From: a virus
Lineage: Duplodnaviria > Caudoviricetes
Strand: one strand, 5' to 3'
IMG/VR virus record: IMGVR_UViG_3300037721_000031
Coordinates: 202,567 to 266,566 of that record
DNA: 64,000 bases
Part shown: positions 63,933-64,000 of the stretch, in pieces
How positions within the stretch are numbered: the first letter of the stretch is position 1
Layout of the letters: every line of letters begins with the position of its first letter
The notes under the pieces: generated by a model
The model's input: the letters and a program-made list of their open reading frames with translations, nothing else
Told to the model about the DNA's origin: nothing
Databases searched by the model: none
Made by a program: the position numbers and the translations under genes

Positions 63933-64000
63933 TCGTCGTAAATCAAGGTGTGGTTACTGCTCTCTCAAAATCCCATTTATCTCTAATGAGTCTTCTATAG

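Noticed and set aside
1-64000. CRISPR array, retron, DGR, integrase or IS element
   Set aside because: No reverse transcriptase, Cas, recombinase or transposase motifs, and no long near-identical direct repeats seen by eye; a self dot-plot would be the definitive test

Overview
This 64-kb window is part of a phiKZ-like (Chimalliviridae, nucleus-forming) jumbo phage genome in the standard genetic code; I identified it from gene content and order, without database searches. 41.5-64 kb is the conserved core block: the N-terminal/exonuclease half of the split family-B DNA polymerase, followed by head, inner-body and baseplate genes in the phiKZ gp82-gp101 order. Many of these carry (S/A)-x-E prohead-protease motifs. 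1-41.5 kb is an almost entirely minus-strand accessory/early region. It holds an SF2 helicase coupled to an ADP-ribosyltransferase-like ORF, DHFR, thymidylate synthase, thymidylate kinase, two NUDIX paralogues, tRNA-Val(TAC), an HNH-type endonuclease, GNAT, HAD, metallophosphoesterase, M48 peptidase and receiver-like proteins. It also holds a PagP-like outer-membrane barrel, several membrane micro-proteins below the ORF-track cutoff, and about a dozen small paralogue families with domain fusions and fissions. Non-coding signals are five copies of a 17-bp early-promoter-like motif, a CATAAA/TTTATG-flanked terminator family, many other intergenic hairpins or perfect palindromes, and a four-hairpin leader before the largest head gene. 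I found no CRISPR array, retron, DGR, intron or intein. The best candidates for undescribed biology are the early envelope-targeting module (about 30-40 kb), the helicase-ART pair, the virion zincin-like membrane protein and the structured late leader. References to phiKZ gene numbers rest on recalled synteny and need HMM confirmation.
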